64,000 nucleotides of DNA from positions 496,001 through 560,000 of the forward strand of contig JBEUKZ010000131.1 of the NCBI GenBank assembly GCA_048128005.1. Direction: 5' to 3'. Shown here piece after piece: positions 38,470 through 51,884 of the stretch. The first letter of the stretch is position 1, and each line of letters opens with the position of its first letter. The position numbers were made by a program, and so were the translations under genes. Below the pieces are notes generated by a model. That model worked only from the letters and a program-made list of their open reading frames with translations, did no database searches and was not told the origin of the DNA. This stretch comes from Veleropilina oligotropha (Eukaryota).

Positions 38470-40591
38470 CTGGCCTCAAAGTTTTGAGGTATGAGTTCCA
38501 GTAAGGCCACTGGCATGGATAACATTCCTGCAAGGTTTGTTAACGATGGGGCTAAAATCCTTGCTCATCATTTTGCACATATTGTAAACCTGTCACTAAG
38601 TTCAGGTGTTGTACCTGATGACCTTAAATTGGCGAGAGTGGTCCCTTTATATAAGAAAAAGTGCAAAACTGATGTTGGTAACTATAGGCCAATCTCTGTA
38701 CTGTGTATCTTGTCCAAGGTAATTGAACGTATTGTTTCTAACCAGTTAAATGAGTATCTTGTACATAACAACCTATTACTAGTATATGACTTACAGTCAG
38801 GCTTCCGTTCTACATACTCTACTGATACATGTCTCATATATTTATATGATTACATCAGAGACCAGTGTGACAAGGGACTTTATACAGGCATGGTTCTATT
38901 AGACCTACAAAAAGCGTTTGATACTGTTGACCATGATATCCTGCTAAGTAAACTAAAAGCCATTGGTATAAATAGTAACGCAGTAGTTTGGTTCAGGTCT
39001 TATTTGTCTGGTAGAAAACAAGTTGTCGGTCCAGCGAATGTAATATTACATGCGGCGTTCCGCAAGGCTCAATACTGGGTCCGCTACTCTTTCTGATATA
39101 TATTAAGGACATGCCAGCGGCTGTCAAGTGTAAACTTCTGCTCTATGCAGACGATTCTGCACTACTGGTCTCGGGAAACGTTATATCGGAGATAGAGGCG
39201 GCCCTCAGTAACGAGCTAGCATCAGTACAAGAGTGGCTTACAGATAATAAGCTATCCCTACACCTGGGTAAAACTGAATCTATTCTCTTTGCATCGAAAC
39301 ACAGGCTACGTTTGCAGAATTCTGTACAGGTCAGGTGTGCTGGAAGCAATATTGAATCAAAGCAGGAGGCCACTTATTTAGGCGTAACTTTAGATCAGTC
39401 TCTGTCAGGCGACAATATTGCAAATAAAATTATCAAAATGTTCAAACAAAGTTAAATTCCTATACAGGAATGCTCGGAATTTCGACAAACAGACCAAATA
39501 ATTATTAGTATCGGCTTTGATTCAGTGTCACTTCGACTACGCCTGTACCTCATGGTTTAGTGGACTTCCAAAGAAATCAAAATCCAGGTTACAAGTGACC
39601 CAAAACAAGGTTGTAGGTTCATGTTAAATCTCCCCCCTCGTTCTCATATTGGGGTGGAAGAGTTGAGAAATGTTGGATTGTTACCAGTTGATATGCGTGT
39701 AAATCATCTAAAGCTTGGTCATGTGTATAATATTTTTCACAATAGTGCTCCTGTATACATGAGAGATAATTTTCAAATGTCACAATATTCTCGTACCAGA
39801 AATAGTGTAAACAATTTCAATATTTCCCATGTTGGGTCTTTCAGTAAGGATAATTTTTATTATACTGGTGCTAAATTATGGAATGATCTTCCCCTGTCTG
39901 TCAGCTCATCTCAAACCAAAAATGTGTTCAAAAAGAATATTAAAAACCATTTTATGTCTCAACTTTTAGTCAGCAGTCAATGTGATTTTATATACTATTA
40001 GTGTTATTTATATGTATTATAAACTAGTTTTGTTCTTTTTTATTATTGTTAATACTCTATCTCTATATATAAAAGAGTAGAGTCTGTCTGTCTGTCTCTC
40101 TGTCTGTCTGTCCGCTATCTCCTCCGTAACCACTTGGCCGATCCTCACCAAAGTTTGCATGCCAACTAAGGGTACCCAGGGGATGGTCTTGGCCGCAATT
40201 TTTTTTAGATTTTGAAGAAAAACAATTCCAAACAAAAAACATTTTTAATTTTTTATTTTAGGCGAAAATATAAATTTTGCAAATTTTATGCAATTTGTAG
40301 TTGCCGCAAAATAAAGCAAAAAATTGTCAATTAATATGAGGGGCGAAGCCCCTCCACTTGGGGCCGCAAGCCCCACGACGCTGAATTAGTGGTCCCGAAG
40401 GGAGCTCAATTCAGCTAGTTGTTTTATAATATTTAATATCGATCATATTCTTACCGGTGCTGTCAAGTTTTTCGTCTCGAGGACCATAATGGAAATAAGT
40501 TTATACTTTTTGTGTTATCCTCCGCAAATTTTATATTTTATACATGTATGTATGAATGTTTTATTGCGAAATAAAATCAATCAATCAATCA
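38470..40591 (+). mobile_element. 5'-truncated CR1/L2-group LINE nested in the TIR element; related to the 14170-15205 copy
   Basis: KATGMDNIP, NYRPISVL, QSGFR, LLDLQKAFDTVDH, LYADD, GAKLWNDLP; frameshifts; shared 3' UTR gaggaccataatggaaataag...tgttatcctc and (ATCA)n tail. Confidence 0.93.
40060..40418 (+). mobile_element. Non-autonomous Helitron inserted in the LINE 3' UTR
   Basis: a|TCTCTATATATAAAAGAG start, (GTCT)n, 3' hairpin gctgaatt...tcccgaaggga...aattcagc, CTAG|t end. Confidence 0.75.
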
Positions 40592-41625
40592 AAGAATATT
40601 TTCACTAATTCATGGTGGCCATCTTGGATTTCGTCAATTTTGACACATATTTATTATTATATGTCCGCCAAAGTCATTTTTTGGTATTTTTTTCAAATTG
40701 AAATTGCCGAATCATCTTCCTGGTGCTTTAAAACAAGCAAAACGACATATTATTCATGTATGTATGTATCAATTCAGACCGAAAAGATATGAGATACAGA
40801 ATATTATCATTATTCGATGGCGGCCATCTTGGATTACGTCATATTAGGGGTCTCGAAAAAAATGCAACCCTATTTTTTCTTAATTCTTATATTATGTTAA
40901 AGCAGAATCCAGTGATAAATCACTTTTAACAAACAAAATACACGAAATTACATAAGGGCCTACACTATTACATGATAATCAACGAACGTTACTGCGGCAT
41001 ACATTTACTGTTTCAGCTGATGGATTATATAACCAGACACCAACCATACATGTTATCTGTTATTGCATCTTGATTGTTGAATAATTCGTTATAAACGTTT
41101 GCAGGAACATTTCAACGTTATCACCGATGACTAAAGACTTGTATATTATTCTTTATCAATTACAAGGCTTATACCGGTCATGTTATCATTGGCATTTACT
41201 ATTGACCCTTATTATGGCCAATTAAGCAAATCAGCTGTGTTCGCAAAACAGCCTTAATTCTTTTTATAAGATTTCGCATAATTAGTTTTCAGTCCTTTGC
41301 TGTAATCGATTTTCAAATTAGTGAATGAACGGTGTCGCTGACATAGGCGCATAATGCACATTTATGTCGTCTGCGACAAGTCGGATTGGCATTCACTCGC
41401 CGGAAATGAGAACGCGAGGCTGAAATGGACACCCTCTGAGAGTCACGTGACTCTTATAGATCCTGACATTGCGCGTATATAGAACGACATGTTTCGCTTG
41501 CAATTACGACTATGGACAATTTGTGCATGTTTGTGCTAAGGATTGGACGAATTAAATGCCTTTTAAAGACCACACCAACAATATTTAGCCATTATAGAGT
41601 CGATTAGTTTCGAATGATGCAATAA

Positions 41626-42216
41626 TCTTAATATAATGGAGCTATAATTGTATGCGGGCGGGCGTGTCTGTTTCAAGTTGTACTACTCCCAGACGCTTTG
41701 ACCTACGACCTTCAAACTTTGGGGGGTTAATCGGGGTCCCCCAAGGAAGGTTTACCACGAAAAACATTCGTAAAATTCGGGAAAAAAAAAAAATATTACT
41801 ATATATCTTCATATAATGGATGTGTGTGTGTGTGTCTGTTTCAAGTTGAACTCCTCCCAGACGCTTTGACCTAGCACCTTCAAACTTTGGGGGGTTAATC
41901 GGGGTCCCCCAAGGAAGGTTTACCACGAAAAAAATTCGGAAAATTCGGGAAAAAAAAAAATATTACTATATATCTTCATATAATGGATGTGTGTGTGTGT
42001 GTCTGTTTCAAGTTGAACTCCTCCCAGACGCTTTGACCTAGGACCTTCAAACTTTGGGGGGTTAATCGGGGTCCCCCAAGGAAGGTTTACCACGAAAAAA
42101 ATTCGGAAAATTCGGGAAAAAAAAAAAAAATTTAAGGGAGCACTATCCAAAAAAAAAAAAAAAAAAAAAATTGGGGTGGGGGGACTTACCCGGCGAAGAC
42201 GGGTACCAAAAGCTAG
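41626..42216 (+). mobile_element. Non-autonomous Helitron with triplicated 5' module
   Basis: a|TC start, CTAG|t end, hairpin acccg-gcgaaga-cgggt just before the end; three 167-180-bp units starting tctt(a/c)atataatgga at 41626, 41806 and 41973. Confidence 0.8.
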
Positions 42217-42433
42217 TATATGCAATGAAGATGGCGGAACGTCATGGTCAGATGGCGACACTGGTAAAGTCAGTGGTAAGGGGATCGAACACAGATAATG
42301 CAGCCACGCCGTTCCATATAGTCTACGGAAAATAGAAAACTATGCAAAGGGTGAACCTTTCTGACGTTTGGCAAGAATATAACTCAATTGATATGAAGCA
42401 ATCTTTACTGAAGGTAATCGGGAATGATATCGC

Positions 42434-44284
42434 CAATCCGCATGTAAAGTATAGCTCTAGCACCATGACGAGTGCTCAATCCGCATGTAAAGCATAGCTT
42501 TAGCACCATGACGAGTGCTCAATCCGCATGTAAAGTATAGCTCTAGCACCACGGCGAGTGCTCAATCCGCATGTAAAGTATAGCTCTAGCACCATGACGA
42601 GTGCTCAATCCGCATGTAATGTATAGCTTTAGCACCATGACGAGTGCTCAATCCGCATGTAAAGTATAGCTCTAGCACCATGACGAGTGCTCAATCCGCA
42701 TGTAAAGTATAGCTCTATAGCACCATGACGAGTGCTCAATCCGCATGTAAAGTATAGCTCTAGCACCATGACGAGTGCTCAATCCGCATGTAAAGTATAG
42801 CTCTAGCACCATGACGAGTGCTCAATCCGCATGTAAAGTATAGCTCTAGCACCATGACGAGTGCTCAATCCGCATGTAAAGTATAGCTCTAGCACCATGA
42901 CGAGTGCTCAATCCGCATGTAAAGTATAGCTCTAGCACCATGACGAGTGCTCAATCCGCATGTAAAGTATAGCTCTAGCACCATGACGAGTGCTCAATCC
43001 GCATGTAAAGTATAGCTCAAGCACCATGACGAGTGCTCAATCCGCATGTAAAGTATAGCTCTAGCACCACGACGAGTGCTCAATCCGCATGTAAAGTATA
43101 GCTCTAGCACCACGACGAGTGCTCAATCCGCATGTAAAGTATAGCTCTAGCACCATGACGAGTGCTCAATCCGCATGTAAAGTATAGCTCTAGCACCATG
43201 ACGAGTGCTCAATCCGCATGTAAAGTATAGCTCTAGCACCATGACGAGTGCTCAATCCGCAGGTAAAGTATAGCTTTAGCACCATGACGAGTGCTCAATC
43301 CGCATGTAAAGTATAGCTCTAGCACCATGACGAGTGTTCAATCCGCATGTAAAGTATAGCTCTAGCACCATGACGAGTGCTCAATCCGCAGGTAAAGTAT
43401 AGCTCTAGCACCATGACGAGTGCTCAATCCGCATGTAAAGTATAGCTTTAGCACCATGACGAGTGCTCAATCCGCATGTAAAGTATAGCTCTAGCACCAT
43501 GACGAGTGCTCAATCCGCATGTAAAGTATAGCTCTAGCACCATGACGAGTGCTCAATCCGCAGGTAAAGTATAGCTCTAGCACCACGACGAGTGCTCAAT
43601 CCGCATGTAAAGTATAGCTCTAGCACCATGACGAGTGCTCAATCCGCAGGTAAAGTATAGCTTTAGCACCATGACGAGTGCTCAATCCGCATGTAAAGTA
43701 TAGCACTAGCACCATGACGAGTGTTCAATCCGCATGTAAAGTATAGCTCTAGCACCATGACGAGTGCTCAATCCGCAGGTAAAGTATAGCTCTAGCACCA
43801 TGACGAGTGCTCAATCCGCATGTAAAGTATAGCTCTAGCACCATGACGAGTGCTCAATCCGCATGTAAAGTATAGCTCTAGCACAACGACGAGTGCTCAA
43901 TCCGCATGTAAAGTATAGCTCTAGCACCATGACGAGTGCTCAATCCGCATGTAAAGTATAGCTCTAGCACCATGACGAGTGCTCAATCCGCATGTAAAGT
44001 ATAGCTCTAGCACCATGACGAGTGCTCAATCCGCATGTAAAGTATAGCTCTAGCACCATGACGAGTGCTCAATCCGCATGTAAAGTATAGCTCTAGCACC
44101 ATGACGAGTGCTCAATCCGCATGTAAAGTATAGCTCTAGCACCATGACGAGTGCTCAATCCGCATGTAAAGTATAGCTCTAGCACCATGACGAGTGCTCA
44201 ATCCGCATGTAAAGTATAGCTCTAGCACCATGACGAGTGCTCAATCCGCATGTAAAGTATAGCTCTAGCACCATGACGAGTGCT
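42434..44284. repeat. Homogeneous minisatellite, 43-bp unit x~43
   Basis: caatccgcatgtaaagtatagctctagcaccatgacgagtgct head-to-tail with only sporadic SNPs. Confidence 0.98.
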
Positions 44285-45777
44285 CTTATCATTAGTTCAT
44301 TAACTTTGGCGATTTATTGTTTTGTTTTTGTTTGGAATATATTATTCCATTAACACATTGTGCGACCACGTCGAAACATAAGCATAATAATACCGGGAGT
44401 GAAAACCAAGAAAGTCCGGTGAAACCCACCCGTCCTGCTCGGTCATGAGCCAGTGATGTTATTAATTATATATTGAACAGTCTCTCTTGCGCAAACAGAA
44501 GTATCAGAATGAATTAAATGGGAGAACAGTACATGGCCGTCGTATAGCGTCGAATCAAATTGTGCCTCTTCATAAATGTTGACAGAACACAAATGTTTAC
44601 ATTAATTATCAAAGAACTCAACAGCGACACCTTTATTGAATTAAATGCTATGGACATTATATTAAACGCACATCAAACATCAAATATTTGCTCATCTAAG
44701 ATTTATAAGCGCCCGCGGTTATTAATCCTTGCAAGATTACAGACAATAATGACCGTTATTATTAACAGGAATTCACCCGAAACGATGACTTTTAGCCTTT
44801 CTTTCATAAATATCTTTCATACTGATGCATCTGCATCACAGCCATTTTCCATTTTATAGACATTAAAAATGATATGCTATGTCATAAATATAGATATTTC
44901 ATTTCACTAAAGCTATTCTGTCATTACTGTTTGCTTGGTATCCGGATTGTATCGCCATGACTTAGAAAGCAATATTTGTAGCACGAGCATAGAAGAATGT
45001 ACACGGTTGTGATGTATTGAGATAAGCAAACAGGAAATACGAATGAGATTGTGCCAAAGCTGTCTTTTATCACATGTCTTGGTCAATTCCCCATATTGCA
45101 ACACCGTGTACTATTCGTCGTAATACACGCGTGTCATAAAGCCTGCTTGAAATGTGATTGGCCTATTACTAAGAGAACGTTAAAACAACAAGTGAAAACA
45201 CAAGTGATGAAACGGCAACCGAAAAAATGCCTTATATAGAAATGATTCCGATCAAACACAATCGAAAACGTAATTGACGATAACGTGTCGCACATAGATG
45301 TTAGGATTAAATTTTAGGCACAACTAGTATTCATTATTCTATTTCGTTTTGATAACATAATATTACATACAGTTTTAGCATTTTATCTTCACATATTATT
45401 TGCTTGTTAATCTTTACTTTTACAAGCACGTAAACATTGTATTTTGAAGAAAATTTTGTGTGATGCGTGAGTATGACGCCATACCGCCTTACAATGAACC
45501 GTAATATCAACGTCGCTAGTTTCTAATAGCGAAGATGTCAATTTGAATTACCTTTTATAAGAAAAACCGACATTCGTGGTAGAGCAATATCACATTTAAG
45601 AAACTTTGTTTAACTAATATTCATAAATGTGATATTACACCACCACTCATGTGATATCCTCTATTTTTCTTATAGCCGGTGGTCTGAATATAATCTAATA
45701 GTACTAACTATGAAGCTAAATTATTGTCACTAAATTTTCGTGGGTAAGGGGTTGATATTATTTTGATTTATATTAAT

Positions 45778-47078
45778 GTTAATAATAATGTAACGGTCTT
45801 ATATAGCGCATTCGTACGCACATGTCTCAATGCGCTGGACATTATTATTATCCTGGTTATGGGCCTGTTCCATTCTATATGCCATCTCAACTCCCCCTGG
45901 GAGCATTATAGTCATTTACACGCGGGTAGCGCCATGACTTACATAGCTGCCAACCAGCTACCCATTCATCGGCTGAGTGGACCGAGGCAAATACAGTGAT
46001 GGCCAATAAAAAACCCACAATAAAAATTAATTCTCATTTCGTTATTTTGCTACCAGAACGAATGCACTTTTTCAGACACTGAAAACAAATGTTGGTAGTT
46101 TATTTTGCTGTGTCTTTAAGACTGATTATAATAATATGCCACTAACCACAGAACAATGAAAAGAACGAATTCTACTTTGAGACAAATTCGATAGTTAAAG
46201 TGCAACTGGCATATTGTCGCCATTTCGAGATTAATAGAACGCCCGATATAAATAAATTTTGGAAGGTTGTGAATTAATTCCAAACCAAGAGATCTGTCCA
46301 CAGTGCACACAAATGGATATATGGCCGGCATAGAACAGTTAAAACTGGCGAAAACATTGATGCAGTCCGTAAGACAATGTCTAAAGAAATCCATCCGAAG
46401 GCCATCACAGGAATCTTGAAGTTTTATTATTGACCAGTCGTCACCTAGAAATCTTTACCAATCGACAATGGTTTTTATTCAAGATGATGGAAAACTGCAT
46501 AGTGCCAATTTAACACTTGAACTCCTTGCACAGAAGTTTGTTGATAGAATGATCTCCCGAAGGACAGAAACCCTAAGGGGCACCCCACTTTCGTCCTTTG
46601 TGATCATGATATGGACAATGTTTACGCAGACAATCCGAGGATATTTTAAGACTTACAGACATCACAAGATTCATTAAAGACATCCCATTTGATATGTGCA
46701 TGAAGGCAATTGAAAACTTTGAAATAAGACTGAAAGAATGCCTGAACTGGGATGGCGCTCATATTGCGCATATTATGTAAAACTTCTATTTGTGAAAATT
46801 CTGATTTAGATGACTTTTTAAAAATGGTCATAATTCTTGAAAGAAGTGTTAAAATGAGACAATGAATATCATTAACAAACCTCCCAAACTTATGGTGTAT
46901 GTCGCAAGTCAACATGTGAGAACACCAAGATTTATAAAATGTTTATATTTGTGGCCTTTTTCTGGCCCACCCTTGTATAATGCTTATTTCCTTGCCAAGT
47001 AAAATCGCAGAGTTTGTGGGCGAACGCGAGACTCTGTGACCAGAGTCCTGTGAACAACACACTGAGCCACGACGGCAC
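45778..47078 (-). mobile_element. tRNA-headed CORE-type SINE split by a DNA transposon (tail/body 45778-45993, head 46976-47078)
   Basis: Both halves match the intact SINE at 55387-55715 in reverse orientation. Confidence 0.8.
45994..46975 (+). mobile_element. Tc1/mariner-superfamily relic with TA TSD and degenerate transposase
   Basis: ta|CAGTGATGGCCAATAAAAAACCCACAA ... TTGTGGCCTTTTTCTGGCCCACCCTTG|ta; ORF 46468 FIQDDGKLHSANLTLELLAQKFVDRMISRRT resembles the FQQDGA-x-H...L...FxxRxISR segment of ITm transposases. Confidence 0.75.
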
Positions 47079-48190
47079 AATGTTTTACTTAACCAACAAC
47101 ATCGAATACTGCATAATTGTGATGTTGTTTCCTTATCGTCGAGATTTATTCTACACGGAATAGTTCATTATCGCGTCATCATTCCTTGGGCTACCTTCGT
47201 GAGACAGTATAGATAATATACGTGTCAATATAGTTGTTATGGTATACCTGTCTTTATTGTGTCTCTACATCGAACGGTCACCACCAACATAACCATGTAG
47301 TATGTGTATCATTTAAATGTAGTTCATCTTAAAGACTTTATTGGTGATTAAACAAAGATGCATGTAATACACATAATAATATTTTTTGTGATCTCAACGT
47401 GGTGCTAAGTCCCCGATGTACACACACGCATAATAATAATATATCAACTGTAAAGAAGATCTTAATAATTAGAGAAATGATGTCGTTCTTTTTTGTTAAC
47501 AAAATTTGTCATCGTTCAGCATTGTCCTCTTCTGAATATCCTAGCTGTTCCAGTACCGGACTTATGTTAATGTTCGGTCGTCTGTTGGTTTACATATTTA
47601 GTTCACGTGCCTAAGTACATATTCCAGCAATTGAATTATGGGTCAGCTAATATAGCGAGTTAGTGGTAGCCGTTAACGAAAGTAGACTGCAAACACAATA
47701 GATTACCGGCTCGGAAGATTCCAGACACGCTGGCAGCCTATACCCAAATTACTGGAAAGATTTCCGATGTCCTGCGCTGTCCACCAACAGTCAAGCGGCC
47801 TGAACAGGGGGCTAATTTGATCTAATACAATGCGTTCAATTGGGGAAGATAATACAATTTCGTTTTAGGTCTTTAAATTTATTCGATTTTCTGTTCCTAC
47901 ATAATCAAGGCTAGAAACGAAATCAACGTAATCAGGTCATTGTCCTTGGCCGAATGCAAATCGTGATTCCGATGACCTAGAATGGTGAATGGGGGTGGTG
48001 GACTCTGATTTGTAGACAATCTGCAACCAGTGGTCAACAAAACACGCTCATGATGTAAACGGTAATGAATTAACGCCGTGTTCGTCATGCGATCTTCTGT
48101 GTTTGATCATTTTCGTTGGTTTTAATTCACACTCATTTTAAATAAATATGTAATGCAACCACAATCACCTTGCGATACTCATCGTGGTGA

Positions 48191-48556
48191 CTTAGAAACC
48201 CATTTCATTTCTCGGAGCAGTATTTTTCGTCACTTATTGCTGAAGACGGCACTCTGCCAGGTCTTTTGTTCGCGCTACCTTACCAATTATTAGGAATACT
48301 GAGGGGTGACAGGTAATAATCTTCATATACATCTTCTTAATATAATGTTAAACAGCAAATTATTTAGTAATGAATATATGTTTCGATGAAATAAACAAAT
48401 TGTCAAATTTGACGATATGAATTAATTTGTGTGGAGAGATGAAATGGAGCTTCTAAGTCGGATCTAGACGGCGGATTGTAGACCATTATAAAGAAGTAGG
48501 CTGGTACTACGGACTCGCCTTCTATTTTGATAAGATTCTAAAATCTGCCATCTATA
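48191..48556 (+). mobile_element. Dispersed repeat with terminal hairpin (copy 2, more diverged)
   Basis: Shares gagcagtattt...ttattgctgaagacggcact...ggggtgacagg...gcttctaagtcgg and a decayed hairpin with 34059-34437. Confidence 0.75.
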
Positions 48557-50549
48557 TCATATACGTAGTATGCACTGGTAGATACTCACGTCCTAGAACT
48601 GTCATACTAGAATAGTTCCCGCTGGGTATTGGTGACTCGTATATTCTCCTCTCAGCACTTCTACAGCAGCACAGGTGAAGATTAGGTAATATTGAATTAA
48701 AATTCTCTTTGACATGATACTGATTGTATGTCAACACAAGCATACGACACGGGCCTCCAGTAAAGACAGTTTTCAGACATAGACCTTACAAACCCTGCAA
48801 AACGAATAGAGCAATAAAGACACATACAACAAATGCATGTATTCATTTTTCAAATTTTGCTTCAGTTTTATGAAACATTTTCATATTCTTGTAAGAGCAT
48901 AAACTCAAACAAATGAGCATGTGTATGCGTTTATCAACTGAAGGTCGTATATGCGTATGTTCTGAGCCATATATGGTCAACTATACAACCAAATATTTTC
49001 ACGTCACTAAATTGACCATGTACTTGTAACAAAGTAACACAAAATCTAAGGATGAAAGAGAATTTTCAATTGAATAATAATATTTGACCCCAAAACGAAT
49101 GTAATTGTGCCATAATTGAAAATTGTGAAGAATTTGAGAAATAAATTTAGTTACATAAATCAGTTTATTCTGTAAACTTCATTTCAAATATTCGACCTTT
49201 AGTCGCCGAGTAATTTTGGACACGGCATGTGCGGTCAGAGTGCGGCCTTTGTGGTCAGCCAGACCCCATTCATGGATGTTGTGATTCCTATTGTACCTAT
49301 TTAGCCTCACTAATAGAGGAACGATTTCCTATAAGTCAATTGACGATTTTGTTTATACAGACAACGTTTCATAAAGTTTCTCGCCGTTTTACTGAATTTT
49401 GACTTGATATTAAAATGACTCTTCTCCAGAAGGGCTATCGACCATTGATAAGATAATAAGAAAAGGGCCACTGGTCAAATTGCTTCATCTTGTTTCCCGT
49501 GTAGCCTTTATTTTGTCGATATGCTGTCGGTCACTCGCCACTGGCCGTCCATTCAATTTATAGCATGTTGGCAGAGTGCGGCCGTAAGCCTGTTCAGATT
49601 GACGAAACAACTTCTATCAGATTTCATCAAATCGAAGCACCATCGACAAATCTCAAATCGCTAAGCAAGGTCAAGACAGACAACACCGCGGCAAACATCG
49701 GCTAGAGTAGCCTATTTTCGGCTTGACCGGTCTTTCGGTGTGGACAGGGCATAATTAGCACGAGCTCAACCCTGTTCCTAAATTGGGCATCGACATCAAT
49801 GTAATAGATACGTGTCACCACGTATTGTCATAAGAACAACAAAATTACTAATCATGAAATGCCAATGGCAGAATTCAAGACAGAATCGACAAATAACTAC
49901 ATACTTATTGGTCATTTATTTGATAGATTGTCGTCGGGCAAAGAGAATGAAATTAATTACTGATCAACCTCTGATTGAACGTAGTTAATTATTCAGAAAA
50001 TGATGGAGACTCCAGCAGACACAGTACACCAATCCTGATTTGCAGGATTATTTCATTAAGGTTAGTTTGTGACTGTATTGATATATTAGATAGTCCACTT
50101 GACGCCCTGACAGCTGTGACCTTTTGTATATAGGTGGTATGTTGCTAAAATAGGAAAGTGGCGTACGTAGACCCTATCCCATTTTATCTGAGATATATTG
50201 TAACAATGGTCTTCGATTGTGTGAGCAATATCTGTTTAATAATAATGTTTGCTTTGCTCCCGATATCAGAACCGTGTTGTAGTCGGGACCTCCAATTTTA
50301 CGTATTACTCCGATCAGACGGTTTGACCGCATCACGCGGGCAGTTTCCGACGTGGTCAGTCATTCATCCACTCTCCGCGCATGACACCATTGCAAACGTA
50401 TTGGGCATGACAGGGACGACAACTCTCTCTGACTGGAGAGTGTCATTCATCCACTCTCCTACGTATGACGCCATTGCAAACGTAGAATCATGCGCATCAG
50501 TCCACTGCGCACTTCCGATTAGCGTCCTACCGCTCGTACGACGCATCCA

Positions 50550-50766
50550 CATCCGTGGAATAGAGCTGACACTGAAGCTCTGTAGCTAAAACACATCCGT
50601 GGAATAGAGCTGACACTGAAGCTCTGTGGCTAAAACACATCCGTGGAATACAGCTGACACTGAAGCTCTGTAACTAAAACGCATCCGTGGAATAGAGCTG
50701 ACACTGAAGCTCTCTAACTAAAACGCATCCGTGGAATAGAGGTAACGTTGTAGCTCTGTAGCTATA
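50550..50766. repeat. Tandem array, 44-bp unit x5
   Basis: catccgtggaatagagctgacactgaagctctgtagctaaaaca; last copy diverged. Confidence 0.95.
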
Positions 50767-51884
50767 AAGTGACTAGATTTTCTAGTTTGGACAAGGTGCC
50801 AAAGATGTGATCATGTTGAAACGGTATTTCATTAAATGACACCGTGTTTGAGCGCAACAAACTTAGATCCTACCACATCTGACACATTACATATGCTAAA
50901 TGATACATTGGCAAAATGCTGAAAAAATAAGATTAAACCTACCACCAACAATTATCTACTGGAGTATAATATGCAAATCAGGCGCGGACCCCCCCCCCCC
51001 CCCCCCTAAAGTTGGCCAAGCATACTAAAATAATATGTATAATCTGATACAAATGACTTTCAGAACATTATAAATAGGCTGTTGCAATGTAATAATGTAG
51101 GAGGGGGGATTTCACATCGTTAATTGTCAAAATTTTCTTGCGCGTGGGGCGCCGACCCTACGCGGACAATTCGATGATGACAAAATAAAATATAAATTTG
51201 ACTCGTGCTATTTGAGTGACGGTGGTTCATAAAAAGTTAGAATGAAATATCGCTTTTGCCCTGTCAGAGTGCAGGCTGTTGATTCTCAAAACGTTGAGTT
51301 CACAGGGTGAAGGTATTCTCAAGCACATCACATGAGTATCACGTAATATATTGGGTGCGTCGACAATCGCTTTTTCATATGTGAATATTGCACAATCGAT
51401 ACACGGATGCAATGATGACTTCCATTGAAGCGAACGTTAGCTAACATAACCTAATGTTAGCTAAATATTAAAGTTGCACGACCAACATTCACCGTGCGGA
51501 TCACGGGTTAAAGCTAGATCTTTGCAATCTTGATGTCAAATTGACGAGTGTGTCGATAGGAATAAATCAACAACTTCACATTTTGTATGCTTCTTATTCG
51601 CCCAGAACTCGGGGAGTGTCCAACCTTGGTTAACTCGGTGCAAGTTTTCTCAACTGGGCCAAATCACCTATCACGTGACTGTGGTATGATACTAATTATT
51701 CACGAGAGAGGGCGCAAATTATGACGTCACCGGCAAATGAGATTGAAGTTGCGCACGCCATTATGAGTAGGAACGTATGTTGTCCGCTTCGGGCCATACG
51801 ATCAGCACGAACGGAAGCAAATATTTTGCAGTGCAGAGCACGAGTTAAAAGCTAGTACAGAATAATTCACCAGCAGACAACGTG

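Larger units (their letters stand above)
34944..40967. mobile_element. 6-kb DNA transposon relic with ~150-bp imperfect TIRs (5'-TAGTGTAG...CTACACTA-3') and TTA target-site duplication; Academ-like
   Basis: 34944-35112 is reverse-complementary to 40817-40967 (tttcgtgtattttgtttg..., aatagggttgcatttttttcgagaccc, aatatgacgtaatccaagatggccgccat); TTA at 34941-34943 and 40968-40970. The superfamily is inferred from the TAG termini and 3-bp TSD. Confidence 0.75.

Noticed and set aside
41642..42261. Repetitive ORFs VNLPWGTPINPPKFEG
   Set aside because: Antisense reading of a non-coding Helitron's triplicated module.
42434..44284. CRISPR-like regular repeats (also at 12005, 33437, 50550, 57506)
   Set aside because: Units are head-to-tail with no unique spacers, there are no cas genes, and the context is eukaryotic; these are minisatellites.
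50158..50589. 143-aa ORF with hydrophobic N-terminus
   Set aside because: GTG start, no recognisable domain or splice structure, includes a local duplication and runs into a tandem array.
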